IMG/VR virus record: IMGVR_UViG_3300028591_000100 | Coordinates: 90,704 to 154,703 of that record | Strand: one strand, 5' to 3' | DNA from: a virus | Lineage: Duplodnaviria > Caudoviricetes | DNA: 64,000 nt | Shown: piece by piece, positions 1 to 10,400 of the stretch | How positions within the stretch are numbered: the stretch's first letter is position 1 | How the letters are laid out: every line of letters begins with the position of its first letter | The notes under the pieces: generated by a model | Databases searched by the model: none | What the model was told of the DNA's origin: nothing | Seen by the model: only the letters and a program-made list of their open reading frames with translations | Translations under genes and position numbers: made by a program

Positions 1-3000
1 TGTAGGGTTCAAAATTTTAGTTGTTGAGGTACTATTGTATCCTGTATTTCCAGTTCCTATACAGGTTATAGTATCCCCATAAGAAGCAGATGTGATAACT
101 TGGTTATTTGCATTTTTAAATGATACACTACCATTAGTATAAGTACCACTTAAAGTATATGTGTTGATTACTGCGTTAATAGTACCAGAGTCCTTGTCAC
201 CCGCTATAGACCAATAATCTACTCGATATATTGCGCCGTCCTCATATTCTGTTCCACTAATTAATTCCCATCTAGGATATGCGTTACCTGGTCTATGGTA
301 TCCTGCCTGTACAACAGCAAAAACATATACAAGAGTATCTCCTGGGTAAGTATAAGTTCCACTAGCATGACCACTTGTTGCTGTAGCGCTAGTTGAAGTA
401 TAAACACTGGTAACGCCTGTTCCCGCTGTAACATAAACTTTACCAGGGTTAGACGTAACATTGCAATATGCGTAGGCTAAATTCATAGGTCTGTACTCCG
501 AAGCGGCCACTTGTTCATTGGCAACTGCATAGTTAGTTTGTTCACCATCAACCGTAAATTCAATATGGTCAAAACTAATTGTTTCTGCTGAATCAGAACT
601 ATCAGTTATCCATGTATATGTGTGCACAAAATCTGACCAAGAACCAGCAGGATTAGGTCCCACTGTTATTGAACTACCTGAAATATCGACATAGTCGCCA
701 TCGTATGCTAGAATGTCTATTTGTTCATTTCCATCAGAATCAATCCAATGTCCTCTATCTCCCTCGCAAACAATTGTGGCAGTATGACTACCTAATCTAG
801 CGACAGACGCTATAGCCACTGCATTTGCAGTGATAATTGAAGGCGCTGTAATATTTAAAAATTCATACGAAAAATCGCTAGTGTCTGAAGGAGCATTAAA
901 TGTTATTGTATATGGGCTTTCTCCATATTTAGTCCGATCATCTGAAATTGTTATAGTGTTGTCTTCACAAGTAATAGTTGTTCCATAATGTACTTCAACT
1001 ATTGGATAATCTGATTCTTCCCCATTTAAGCGGTCATAATACTCCCAATCCCATTCTCCATAATTACACTGTAATTCTAGTTCATAAGTGTTTGGTTCAG
1101 TGTATTCATGCCATGAGTCAGGAGAACCCGTAACAGTGCGTCCTGAGAATGTTTTTAAATTATCGTCATTATCAAGACCAAAATTATAACCTGTGTTAGC
1201 AACCGCTTTTCCACTTAAAATATCTCCATAATACACTGTAGCTACGGCATAACCATTGGTAGTGTATAACAAAGGGTCTGATTCAGTTGAGCCCTCTGTA
1301 GCACCTTGATATGGTGACGAAGTTCTCCATACCTTCATATAACCACTACAAGTACCACCAAGTGCAATTCTATAATCCCAGTGTTTTACATAAGGTGCAG
1401 AATTGCTATTGACACCAGCCACAACTGTAGAATTGTCACTGTCTAGATTGTTTGTGTTAAAAGCATATGCCGCTGATGCTAACCAATAAATAACAGTGCC
1501 AGCATTATACCAACCCACTGTAAATGGAGTTGTATGGGTTGAACTTGTATAAGCAGAACAATTAGTACCAGCTAAGCTTGTAACATTATATTGTCTAGTA
1601 TATTGAGCTTCAATGGTTCTTGCCATTATAGATTCAGTTAAAGGAGTTAAATTGTCCCATGAACCATTTATATCACGGGCATTAGTTCCTGTAACATTGC
1701 TAGGGTTTGCTCTACTTGGAGTATCACCATATCTATATGTGGTTGAATCTGTAACAGTGGTCCAAGTTCCATATGCAGTTTGATAATGCCAGCTGACTGT
1801 AAATGGGTTTGGTGTAACAGTTATGTATGCAATTGCCCTAGAAGCAACCCCCTCTTCAGGAACCTCTGTTGTAGGTATCCACTCATCCTCTTGTGCATCA
1901 TATTTTGCAAAGCCTAAACGATTAAACGTATAAGTGTACTCTGTAGGGCTTGTTGCGGTAACCCATGTATATGTATGAACATATTCTGAATAAGGACCAA
2001 CAGGATTTGGGCCTATGGTAATTGTGTTATTTGAAACAATAATCGCGTCCCCAACACATGCTGTGATATATGTGCTAGAAATTTCATCACCATTTTCATC
2101 TTCCCAATGACCAAATTCTGCTGAGATATACTCAGGGTCTTGTGAAGGTTCAACATATAATTCAACATCAACTTCGATAGAACTATGTCGAGCAACAGCT
2201 GCATTAACCGTAACATCACCGTCAACTTCATCAGGACCTGAAAAAGAATCAAAAGCCCAACTATAACCTGTTGTTGTTGGTATTGTAAAATCAATAGTGT
2301 AGTTAGTTGGACCATCATTATCTGCGTCGTAAATTGTGATGTATGGGTCGCTTGTTGCATCATAAGTAATAGTCGCACCATAGTGCGCGATAACAACAGG
2401 TACCAAACTTGTGGTGCCAGCAACAGTAGTGTAGTTATCCCAATTCCAATAAGCACCGCGGGATAAAACAGCGGCACTAATAATAGCATCGGTCCCTGAT
2501 TCATTCTCCAAATAAATTGAAAGACGAGATATTTCCACATCAACAATACCATGTTCACGCTCATAATATTCTGCGTCCACATCTACAACACGATGATTAG
2601 CACCTTGTGTAAATGGAATGTTTTCTTGTAAAACCACAGAATTCGTTTCATCAATAATACTATATGTACCTGATATATTGTTGCTAACAGTAAAGTCTAA
2701 TGAATATGTCCCCGCGCCAATATTTGGTAGACGCATCTCAAATTGTTGTTCTCTAGGTAATTCATCCAAATTTTCTATTAAATTTTCACCGACACCTGGG
2801 ACTGTTTGTGTTAGGAATATATTATATACATTAGAATCCATGTCAATTATCCATGATGTATAATCAGGAACTGTTCGATTACTAAAAGTTCTTATTGTAT
2901 CTGTGTTTCCATCGCCTAAATTGTAATGGATATTAGTTCTCTCAGCTTTTCCATTAAACACATCACCAGAGTAAGCCCAAATTGTTTGATTGTTTCCATT

Positions 3001-5073
3001 TGTTACACTAGCTGTAGGATTACTTTCTGTTCCTGTCTCAGCACCTGCATATGGTGACGATGTTCTCCATATTTTCATATAACCTATTTCAGTGTCGTCC
3101 ACAGAATTTGGGTTGTGTAAGGAAATAAAATACTGATATCTGTAAACATTAGTTGCAGAAGCGCTATTTACACCCGCAGCCACATCTACTATAGAAGTCG
3201 TAACATTATAAGGATATATGTTACTATAATCAAAACAATAAGGCATAGTAGATTTCCAATAAATTTTTACATTTGTATCATACCAACCTGTAGAAAAAGG
3301 AGTTGAGTATGAACTAGAAGTGTAAGCTGAACAATGTGTGCCAGATAAACTTGTAACATTGTATTGAGGCTTATAAGTCGCATTAATTGTTCTATCGTCT
3401 GTGATGTCACTTAAATCATCCCAACCAAGTGAATAATTACGTACATTACCACTTGTAACAGTTGGTGCAACTGCTCTAGATGGTGTATCACCATAATGTA
3501 ATGTCTCTGTGGCGGTTGTCCATGTATTATAAGCGTCTTGCCAACGCCATGTAACTGTAAATGGATTTGGAGATTGTGTTACCTCCGCCTCCAAAGAATC
3601 ATCTGAACCTAAAATTTCAAATGTTTCTTCTCCGTTGTAAAATAAAATATCGTTAAATATATATGAATAATCATGATCAGCAGGTTGTGTTGTCCACGTT
3701 AAAGTAATAACATCCTCTGTATAAGGGCCAACAGGATTTGGTCCTACTGTAACAGTATTTCCTGAAATAATAACTGCGTCTCCAATATGAACAGAAACCT
3801 CACTAATTTCACTACCATACCGTGGGTCATCACAAGACCAAGAACCATAAGAACCGTTTAAATGTAAAGTTGCTGTTTCAATACCTTGTCGAGCCACAGA
3901 TGCAGTAGCTACCGCATCACCAGAAATAGTTGTAGCGCCTGTAATACCAATTAATGTGTAATTGTATAAGGCTGTATCCCCTGGAGTATTAAATGCTATA
4001 TCATAAGCCTGATTGTCGTATTCAGGAACATAATCTGTTATAGCTATTCTAGTTGGGTCTTGTGCACCATCGTGGTCGTACCCATAAGCAATTTCTGTTC
4101 CTGTATGAACAAACACGATTGGATAATCACTTGACTCACCATCTAGGTGAATATGACCAATTTCGTCCCCCCTTGATGTATATGAGTCCCATTCTCCATA
4201 ATTTTGTACTAAAGCTAGTTCATATGGGTTTGGATAAATTGTTATAGTCCAATCTGTATTACTAGTAGATAAAACTGTTTCATCTGTAAAAGTCTCTAGC
4301 ACTTCACTACGATCGTCTATATCTGAGTAGCCACGTAAGTTCCATCCAGTATTACTTTCTGTTTTACCAGACAAAACATCTCCATAGTATACATACTCTG
4401 TGACACGACCTTCTGTCGTATAAAGCAAAGGGCTTGATTCGGTACTTAGCTCTGCATGTTGATATGGTGAGCTAGTTCTCCATACTTTTGCATAACCACG
4501 AGAAACACTTTGGTCAGCTTGATATGGGCACCATAACTCAAGGTCATACCCCCATCTTTTTACAAGATTTGCTGAACTACTGTTGACACCAGGTACTACA
4601 TCAACGGTCTCCCACTCAATAAAGTTATCGCCTGTCCAACTATAACAATATGCAGCAGTGGCATACCAATAAATTTTATCGGTTGCACGATGCCAACCTG
4701 TTGTAAACGGTGTTGTCCATCCCCATGCTTGATAAGCATTACAATTTGTTCCATTAAGCTGTGTAACATTATATTCTATGTGATATACCGCATTAATGGT
4801 TCTATCCTCTGTTACAGGAGATAAGTCATCCCATGCGTCAAATACTTGTCTAATATTGCCGTCCACAACCGTAACAGCTGGGTCACGAGATGGAATAGCG
4901 CCATCATCATATTCTTGCGTAGTGGTTGTCCAAACACCATAAGATGCCTGCCAACGCCATGTAACCACATGGGTCCCTTTCCATAAAACAGTTCCGTCAT
5001 GGGTAACTTGTTTTACTTCTTTCATTACCCCGTTAACGGGGATTTTCCATTTTTTCACTTTCGAAAAATCCAT
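1..5073 (-). CDS. Large repeat-rich tail fibre/adhesin-like protein, at least 1691 aa, truncated at the window's left edge
   Basis: Not in the ORF track, consistent with no stop in the window. ATG at 5073 follows an AGGAGG RBS (MDFSKVKKWKIPVNG...), and the same frame is open at 60..1 (IGTGNTGYNSTST...). It is Thr/Ser/Trp/Tyr-rich with recurring motifs (WRTSSPY, GPNPxG, YNVTxL) and lies downstream of baseplate genes. Confidence 0.75.
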   Translation of the reverse strand, partial: MDFSKVKKWKIPVNGVMKEVKQVTHDGTVLWKGTHVVTWRWQASYGVWTTTTQEYDDGAIPSRDPAVTVVDGNIRQVFDAWDDLSPVTEDRTINAVYHIEYNVTQLNGTNCNAYQAWGWTTPFTTGWHRATDKIYWYATAAYCYSWTGDNFIEWETVDVVPGVNSSSANLVKRWGYDLELWCPYQADQSVSRGYAKVWRTSSPYQHAELSTESSPLLYTTEGRVTEYVYYGDVLSGKTESNTGWNLRGYSDIDDRSEVLETFTDETVLSTSNTDWTITIYPNPYELALVQNYGEWDSYTSRGDEIGHIHLDGESSDYPIVFVHTGTEIAYGYDHDGAQDPTRIAITDYVPEYDNQAYDIAFNTPGDTALYNYTLIGITGATTISGDAVATASVARQGIETATLHLNGSYGSWSCDDPRYGSEISEVSVHIGDAVIISGNTVTVGPNPVGPYTEDVITLTWTTQPADHDYSYIFNDILFYNGEETFEILGSDDSLEAEVTQSPNPFTVTWRWQDAYNTWTTATETLHYGDTPSRAVAPTVTSGNVRNYSLGWDDLSDITDDRTINATYKPQYNVTSLSGTHCSAYTSSSYSTPFSTGWYDTNVKIYWKSTMPYCFDYSNIYPYNVTTSIVDVAAGVNSASATNVYRYQYFISLHNPNSVDDTEIGYMKIWRTSSPYAGAETGTESNPTASVTNGNNQTIWAYSGDVFNGKAERTNIHYNLGDGNTDTIRTFSNRTVPDYTSWIIDMDSNVYNIFLTQTVPGVGENLIENLDELPREQQFEMRLPNIGAGTYSLDFTVSNNISGTYSIIDETNSVVLQENIPFTQGANHRVVDVDAEYYEREHGIVDVEISRLSIYLENESGTDAIISAAVLSRGAYWNWDNYTTVAGTTSLVPVVIAHYGATITYDATSDPYITIYDADNDGPTNYTIDFTIPTTTGYSWAFDSFSGPDEVDGDVTVNAAVARHSSIEVDVELYVEPSQDPEYISAEFGHWEDENGDEISSTYITACVGDAIIVSNNTITIGPNPVGPYSEYVHTYTWVTATSPTEYTYTFNRLGFAKYDAQEDEWIPTTEVPEEGVASRAIAYITVTPNPFTVSWHYQTAYGTWTTVTDSTTYRYGDTPSRANPSNVTGTNARDINGSWDNLTPLTESIMARTIEAQYTRQYNVTSLAGTNCSAYTSSTHTTPFTVGWYNAGTVIYWLASAAYAFNTNNLDSDNSTVVAGVNSNSAPYVKHWDYRIALGGTCSGYMKVWRTSSPYQGATEGSTESDPLLYTTNGYAVATVYYGDILSGKAVANTGYNFGLDNDDNLKTFSGRTVTGSPDSWHEYTEPNTYELELQCNYGEWDWEYYDRLNGEESDYPIVEVHYGTTITCEDNTITISDDRTKYGESPYTITFNAPSDTSDFSYEFLNITAPSIITANAVAIASVARLGSHTATIVCEGDRGHWIDSDGNEQIDILAYDGDYVDISGSSITVGPNPAGSWSDFVHTYTWITDSSDSAETISFDHIEFTVDGEQTNYAVANEQVAASEYRPMNLAYAYCNVTSNPGKVYVTAGTGVTSVYTSTSATATSGHASGTYTYPGDTLVYVFAVVQAGYHRPGNAYPRWELISGTEYEDGAIYRVDYWSIAGDKDSGTINAVINTYTLSGTYTNGSVSFKNANNQVITSASYGDTITCIGTGNTGYNSTSTTKILNPT

Positions 5074-5090
5074 ATTGTTTTTCCTCCTTT

Positions 5091-6095
5091 TTACGAATTA
5101 GTTATAGGGAACGTTCTTAATTTTACGTTTACATCAGAAGTGGTTCCGTCATTGTTTTTAACAGTGAAAGTCCATGTTTGGAATGTTCCCACATTTCCAT
5201 CTGTGATTGCTGAATAAATTGCAGCTGCATCTGCCCATTGTGTGTTTGTAGATTGACTATTAATAGTGTTGGTGTGGGCTGATTTTGGCACATATGTATC
5301 GGCAGCATCATCTGTTGTTAAATAATTACCTTTTGGTTGATAATTAGTTGAAACATATGTATATACACCACCACTTGTAATCAAAGCAGCAGAACCTGGT
5401 GAAACATCATCAGTGGTATTTAATTTAATTTCTAAAGTATAAAAAGTAATTGTATTTGTGCTTGTATTAATAGCTCCTACCCACCAATCTGGGACGTTAT
5501 TTTGAATAACAGGAATAATATCTCCCACCTTCAAATTTTTTAACAAAATATCGATAGGATTATTATCTGAATCTAACATAACAGTTCTAATTTTAGTGTT
5601 GTTATTAAAAGGAATCTCTATGCTTAGATGTGCGTTATCATTAAAATTTGAGTTAACTATATCTGTTCCTGTTACTTGGTCATCGATAACATAATTATTG
5701 GTCTTACCTTCAGCTATTTCTCTGATATTTTGAAGTGCTGTATATACACCACCAGATGTTACGGGTTTAGTAGACGAAGCAGTTGGTGCTGTATCAAAAC
5801 CTGTAGAGTCAGTTGTGTACTTAAATAAAAAATCAGACCGACTATAATTTGAAGCTGCAACTTCACCGCTTGAACCTTTCATTAAAAATTTGCCTTCTGA
5901 AACCTGAGCCCACGCGTCTGCTACCAAAGCAACTTGGCTTTGATTAAATGAAGCAGTATGTAATAAGCCATCATTGTCAATATAAATCATTTTACCATGA
6001 TTCCGTGCAATATCAGTAGCAATTTGCTGCACCATTTCATATGCGCGATCTATTTGTTCACCACTATAAGGGCTGACATATTTATCACTAGCCAT
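5091..6095 (-). CDS. Tail/baseplate-associated protein
   Basis: 334 aa with RBS; two copies of a D-x-P-x-S-x-TSGGVY motif common in phage tail proteins; position in tail module. Confidence 0.55.
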   Translation of the reverse strand: MASDKYVSPYSGEQIDRAYEMVQQIATDIARNHGKMIYIDNDGLLHTASFNQSQVALVADAWAQVSEGKFLMKGSSGEVAASNYSRSDFLFKYTTDSTGFDTAPTASSTKPVTSGGVYTALQNIREIAEGKTNNYVIDDQVTGTDIVNSNFNDNAHLSIEIPFNNNTKIRTVMLDSDNNPIDILLKNLKVGDIIPVIQNNVPDWWVGAINTSTNTITFYTLEIKLNTTDDVSPGSAALITSGGVYTYVSTNYQPKGNYLTTDDAADTYVPKSAHTNTINSQSTNTQWADAAAIYSAITDGNVGTFQTWTFTVKNNDGTTSDVNVKLRTFPITNS

Positions 6096-6145
6096 GTTTT
6101 ATTCCTCCTTATTATAATAAATTTGTATGTATATATCAAATTATA

Positions 6146-7405
6146 CTATATATTCATTGTTTCTATATTAGTTGACAAATTTAGCACATTAGAAAAACTT
6201 ATACTCATTTGTCCACTTGTATCTAAATTAAAAGAAATAGATTGCAACAAAAATCTTTCTTGAGTTAACTCATAAAAATCACTACTAATTGTAATTAAAT
6301 TGTTTACTGCCAAAAAAGGATTAAATAATATAGTAGAATTTGATGTTGTTTTTAAAATTAATTTTTGTCTGAGTTCATACTCAGCTCTTTCTTTAGCCAA
6401 AACGTCAGAATAAATATTATTGTCATTAATAATATTTCCTGTTCGATATCCAACTCTTTGATAACACAAAGGAGATCTTTCATCATTATTGACAGCTATA
6501 GCCCTATAAGCATACCCATCTTTAGCATTACCTACAACAATAATTCTGTTAACAATAGAACTATAATCATAATCAAAACTTAATTGAGTTAAATCTCCTT
6601 TGTCGGCATCAAATGAATATAATATAGGTTTATACTTGTCTTCTGTTACCTCTTGAGTTGGTATTATAGTTAAATGGCCATCGGAATTATAAAAAATCTC
6701 AGCCGATAACTGAGTGGCTAATTCTAATAAAAGATCACCATATGTGTCACCAGCATTTTTTGTAATTGTTACTTGAGTTTTCTTTCCTTTTAAACTTTCG
6801 TGAAAAATTAACGCCTTTGTATCAAATACAGAACCATCACCGACTTCTGTTAGCTGAATAGATTTAATTACCTCTTCGATATCATTTCCCTCAGGAATTT
6901 CATAGGTATCTGTAAGTCTACCAGTGGCGCCCTCAAACCAACTAAACTTATCGTTAGCGGTAATACCTACCTCCCTACCTTCGGGAGTAAGAGAAGGGGA
7001 TGTTTTGGTTATAACAAAATACCCCTTTGTAAAAGTCACCGTCTCTCCTAGATACTCTAAGACAACGTCTAATCTTAATCGTGTCCCCGCCCATAGTTGA
7101 TAGATATTTGGAGTATACTCCCCACTTTGGTTATATAATGTAAACGATAATGTACGTCTTTGTCCATTTTGGTAGTTCTCATTATAAGACCCTCCCTCTT
7201 TTATCATAGAGGAAGGAATCTCATAATTAATTGTTTCATCGGGATAAAGCACGTAAATTTTAAAAGTCGTAGAAACATAGTTTAAATCAATAGCTTTTTC
7301 TAAAGTTTGAATATCTGTATTTTGGTCAATATATAAGCCACCTTGTATAGAAAAAGGGATAATATCCCCACTAGATAAGTTGGCGTATTGTTTTACAACA
7401 CTCAT
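6146..7405 (-). CDS. Baseplate hub/tail-tip protein
   Basis: 419 aa; hub-like motifs (NRIIVVG, LAKERAEYEL); position downstream of tape measure gene. Confidence 0.55.
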   Translation of the reverse strand: MSVVKQYANLSSGDIIPFSIQGGLYIDQNTDIQTLEKAIDLNYVSTTFKIYVLYPDETINYEIPSSMIKEGGSYNENYQNGQRRTLSFTLYNQSGEYTPNIYQLWAGTRLRLDVVLEYLGETVTFTKGYFVITKTSPSLTPEGREVGITANDKFSWFEGATGRLTDTYEIPEGNDIEEVIKSIQLTEVGDGSVFDTKALIFHESLKGKKTQVTITKNAGDTYGDLLLELATQLSAEIFYNSDGHLTIIPTQEVTEDKYKPILYSFDADKGDLTQLSFDYDYSSIVNRIIVVGNAKDGYAYRAIAVNNDERSPLCYQRVGYRTGNIINDNNIYSDVLAKERAEYELRQKLILKTTSNSTILFNPFLAVNNLITISSDFYELTQERFLLQSISFNLDTSGQMSISFSNVLNLSTNIETMNI

Positions 7406-7419
7406 ATTATCCCCTCCTT

Positions 7420-10400
7420 TTAAGATTGATGCTCAAGCTGATGTTCTCCTACATAAGCATATATAATATTTTCATCGTCTTTTGATATTTGCCCTAAATA
7501 TTGACCCTCACGGTCTGCGGGCACACTAATAGTACCGCCGCTTTGATATAGTAAATACATTGCGTACACATCATAAAGTCCTACATCGTCAAAAACCCAT
7601 CGTAAATGAGTTCCAGATATATTCTGTGGAAACTCAGGTGGATTATCGAGGTCGATTTCAATATTAGTAATAACCACATAGTCTGCATTATATCCTAATG
7701 AGTAATAATACACAGTATCACCATTTAAAGCTGAGATCGAAGAAACTTCAGCTCCCTCGCTGTCCTCCCAGTGGCCACTAATTGCGCTTGCTGGTGGAGC
7801 TGCAGTATCATCGTCTGGTGTGGTTTCAAGGTTTACAGGGTCCTCTTCTCCTGAAGTTAGTGTAACCTCACAGCTAAAACGGCCCTCTCTATAAGAAAAT
7901 CCGATAACATTTTGAACAGACCCTTCCCATTGACCTACATAGTCTGGACCTTGAACGTGTCCACTGTCATATGTAAAATCTTCAGTGTCCTCATCAGGAA
8001 CAAAATAGAAACGGCCTTGTATACGTCCATATTCCTCATGTGTATAGTATATTAGACATCCTTCATAATCTTCATGTCCAGGCACTCTTGTATCCTCATT
8101 TGTGTACTGAATCGGCTCACCATATTCTACACCTGTAATTTGAGAAACAGGCGCAGGCTCTAGTCCCGATAACTCCTGTAAATCCTCATACCATGTGCCG
8201 TTCTGTGGTAAAAACTGGACGCTGTAAATAGATTGAAATATGGCAGTGTAAGTTACATCCTGTGTTACATTTGTTACGTCAGGTGTCCAACCTGTGAATT
8301 CATATCCAGGTTTACTAGGTTCATCACCTGTATATTGCGGATACTCACCATAAGAATATGTTTGAACTAATTCGCCATCATCCCATTGCCATGTTACTGT
8401 GTAAGTTCTAAGAGTTTTACTGTATTGTGCTGTGTATATTTTATTTTCTGTAGCCTTAGTTAGCTCAGGTTCCCATTTTGTAAAACTATAGGTATATTCA
8501 GCTGTTGCCTCTCTAGTAGGGGTATTTGTTGGAACTGTAGGAATTTGATTATATTCTACAACTTCATCATAAAATCGTGAACCATCCCAATTTTGCCATA
8601 CAATAGTAAACCTATCATTTGGCGTAGAACCAAATTTAAACTTTGGCTCCCAAAGTTCTGAACCGTAGGCCTGCATTTCTGTTTGCAACTGTCCAGCGTC
8701 AGAATAAATAATCGTATTAAACGTATCGTCAACCTGCTTCCATTGGAAAGTGATAGTATCAGGTTGGTTTGTGTAAAAATTTTTTGGATTATTTGAGCTT
8801 GAAACAATTTGAACTATCCAACTTTGTCCTTTGATATCTTTCAATAGTTTAGGATTTTTTGAGTAAACAAAATCACGCCAAGCTGCCAACATTTTTACTT
8901 TCTCATTTGTTGATAAAGCTTCTAATCTACTCTTCTTTAGTCTTTCAATATATTTAGCGTCTGTGCCTAAAACAAGTTCACTACCTAATAATGCAGTAAC
9001 TTCGCCAGAGGCATAGTTTAGATTACCAAAACCCATTTTTACATATGTTCCCAATGTCTGAATATCTTTACGAGAAATATTTTGATTTTGACTACCAGTC
9101 TCTAATGAATACTTAAACAACCAAACTTGATCTTTATTAACTTTGTAAGCTTTTTTAATACTTGGAGTATCTTCAATATTGGTATCAGGGATTAATTCGC
9201 ATATACTCCACTCATCCCATTGTGTAACAACAGGCGCTCCTGTTGTTGTAGACAGTGCAGTAGAGCCGCTCACTATCCTACCTTGGTTTGGATATTCAGC
9301 ATTTTCCTCCCAAACATTGTATGAGTCATCACTGTTTGCAAAAATTTGCTCATTTGAATTAGCTAAATAAACACCCTCATCGATATCAAAAGACATTGTA
9401 TCATTAGGGTATAACAAATATTGATATCGTTTCCCTGAAGTTACGTTATAATCATATAATGCTTTAAGCTCTGTTTTTAAAGCCACCAAACTCCATTCAC
9501 CTTTATAAATACGTACAGCATCAACCATTTTTATAAATTTATACACCACTTTTTTGTCATCTACTTGAATTTCTATCGGTTTTTGCGTCTCATCTAATTC
9601 ATAATAATAATCTGTACGTTCATCTACATAAATAATATTTGGTTTACAATCCGCTACCTTATAACCATCTGGAGTCGGAATAGTAAAATACAACTTACCT
9701 GTTTTAGACAACTCCTCTGCTCTGCCAAAAACCTTTAGACCTGGACGTTCATAAACTTCGTATTCCCTACGATAAATAGTCGCCTTATTACTGTTACTAC
9801 CTATACCCCGAGGAATATAGTCTAGTCTAACAGCATGATTATCGCAATCAAACTTTGCCGTGAAATTCGAAGCAGATGTAGCTACTGAACCTTTTTCTAC
9901 TTCTACTTTGATTAGATAAATTAACTGATTCTTCTTCTCATCCTCCACCTCTAATACAACATAATAATTAGAGTTTTGTACGCTATCATTTGATAAACCA
10001 TAAAATACAGCTGCAATACTTTTATCATATTTTACCCCAGAATCTTGTAATAAAACACCATCAGCATTAAATAAAGTCCAACGATATGATTCCCATGATA
10101 AACCATCAAACTGAGTATATTTAGCGCTAAATTTAACTGCACGGTCTAAAACCGCTGCACTATCGGTATAACTCTTAAATAAATATACTTGAGTATCGCC
10201 AGCAGAAGGCGTAACATTGAACTGTTGTAAAATATTTAGCTCCACCGTAGTCCAATATTCTTGATATAATGATGAATTTCTAAGAGTACTGTATTCTTGA
10301 TTGTTTTTATATAAAATCAGATAAGGTGCTTCACATACAGAGAATGGGTTTTCGTCTGACGCCTTAAAATAGCTTCTGACCTCATATTTATAAGGTGTAT

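Noticed and set aside
1-5073. Diversity-generating retroelement TR/VR pair
   Set aside because: Repeats are diverged in-frame protein domains without evident adenine-specific mismatches, and there is no reverse transcriptase in the window.
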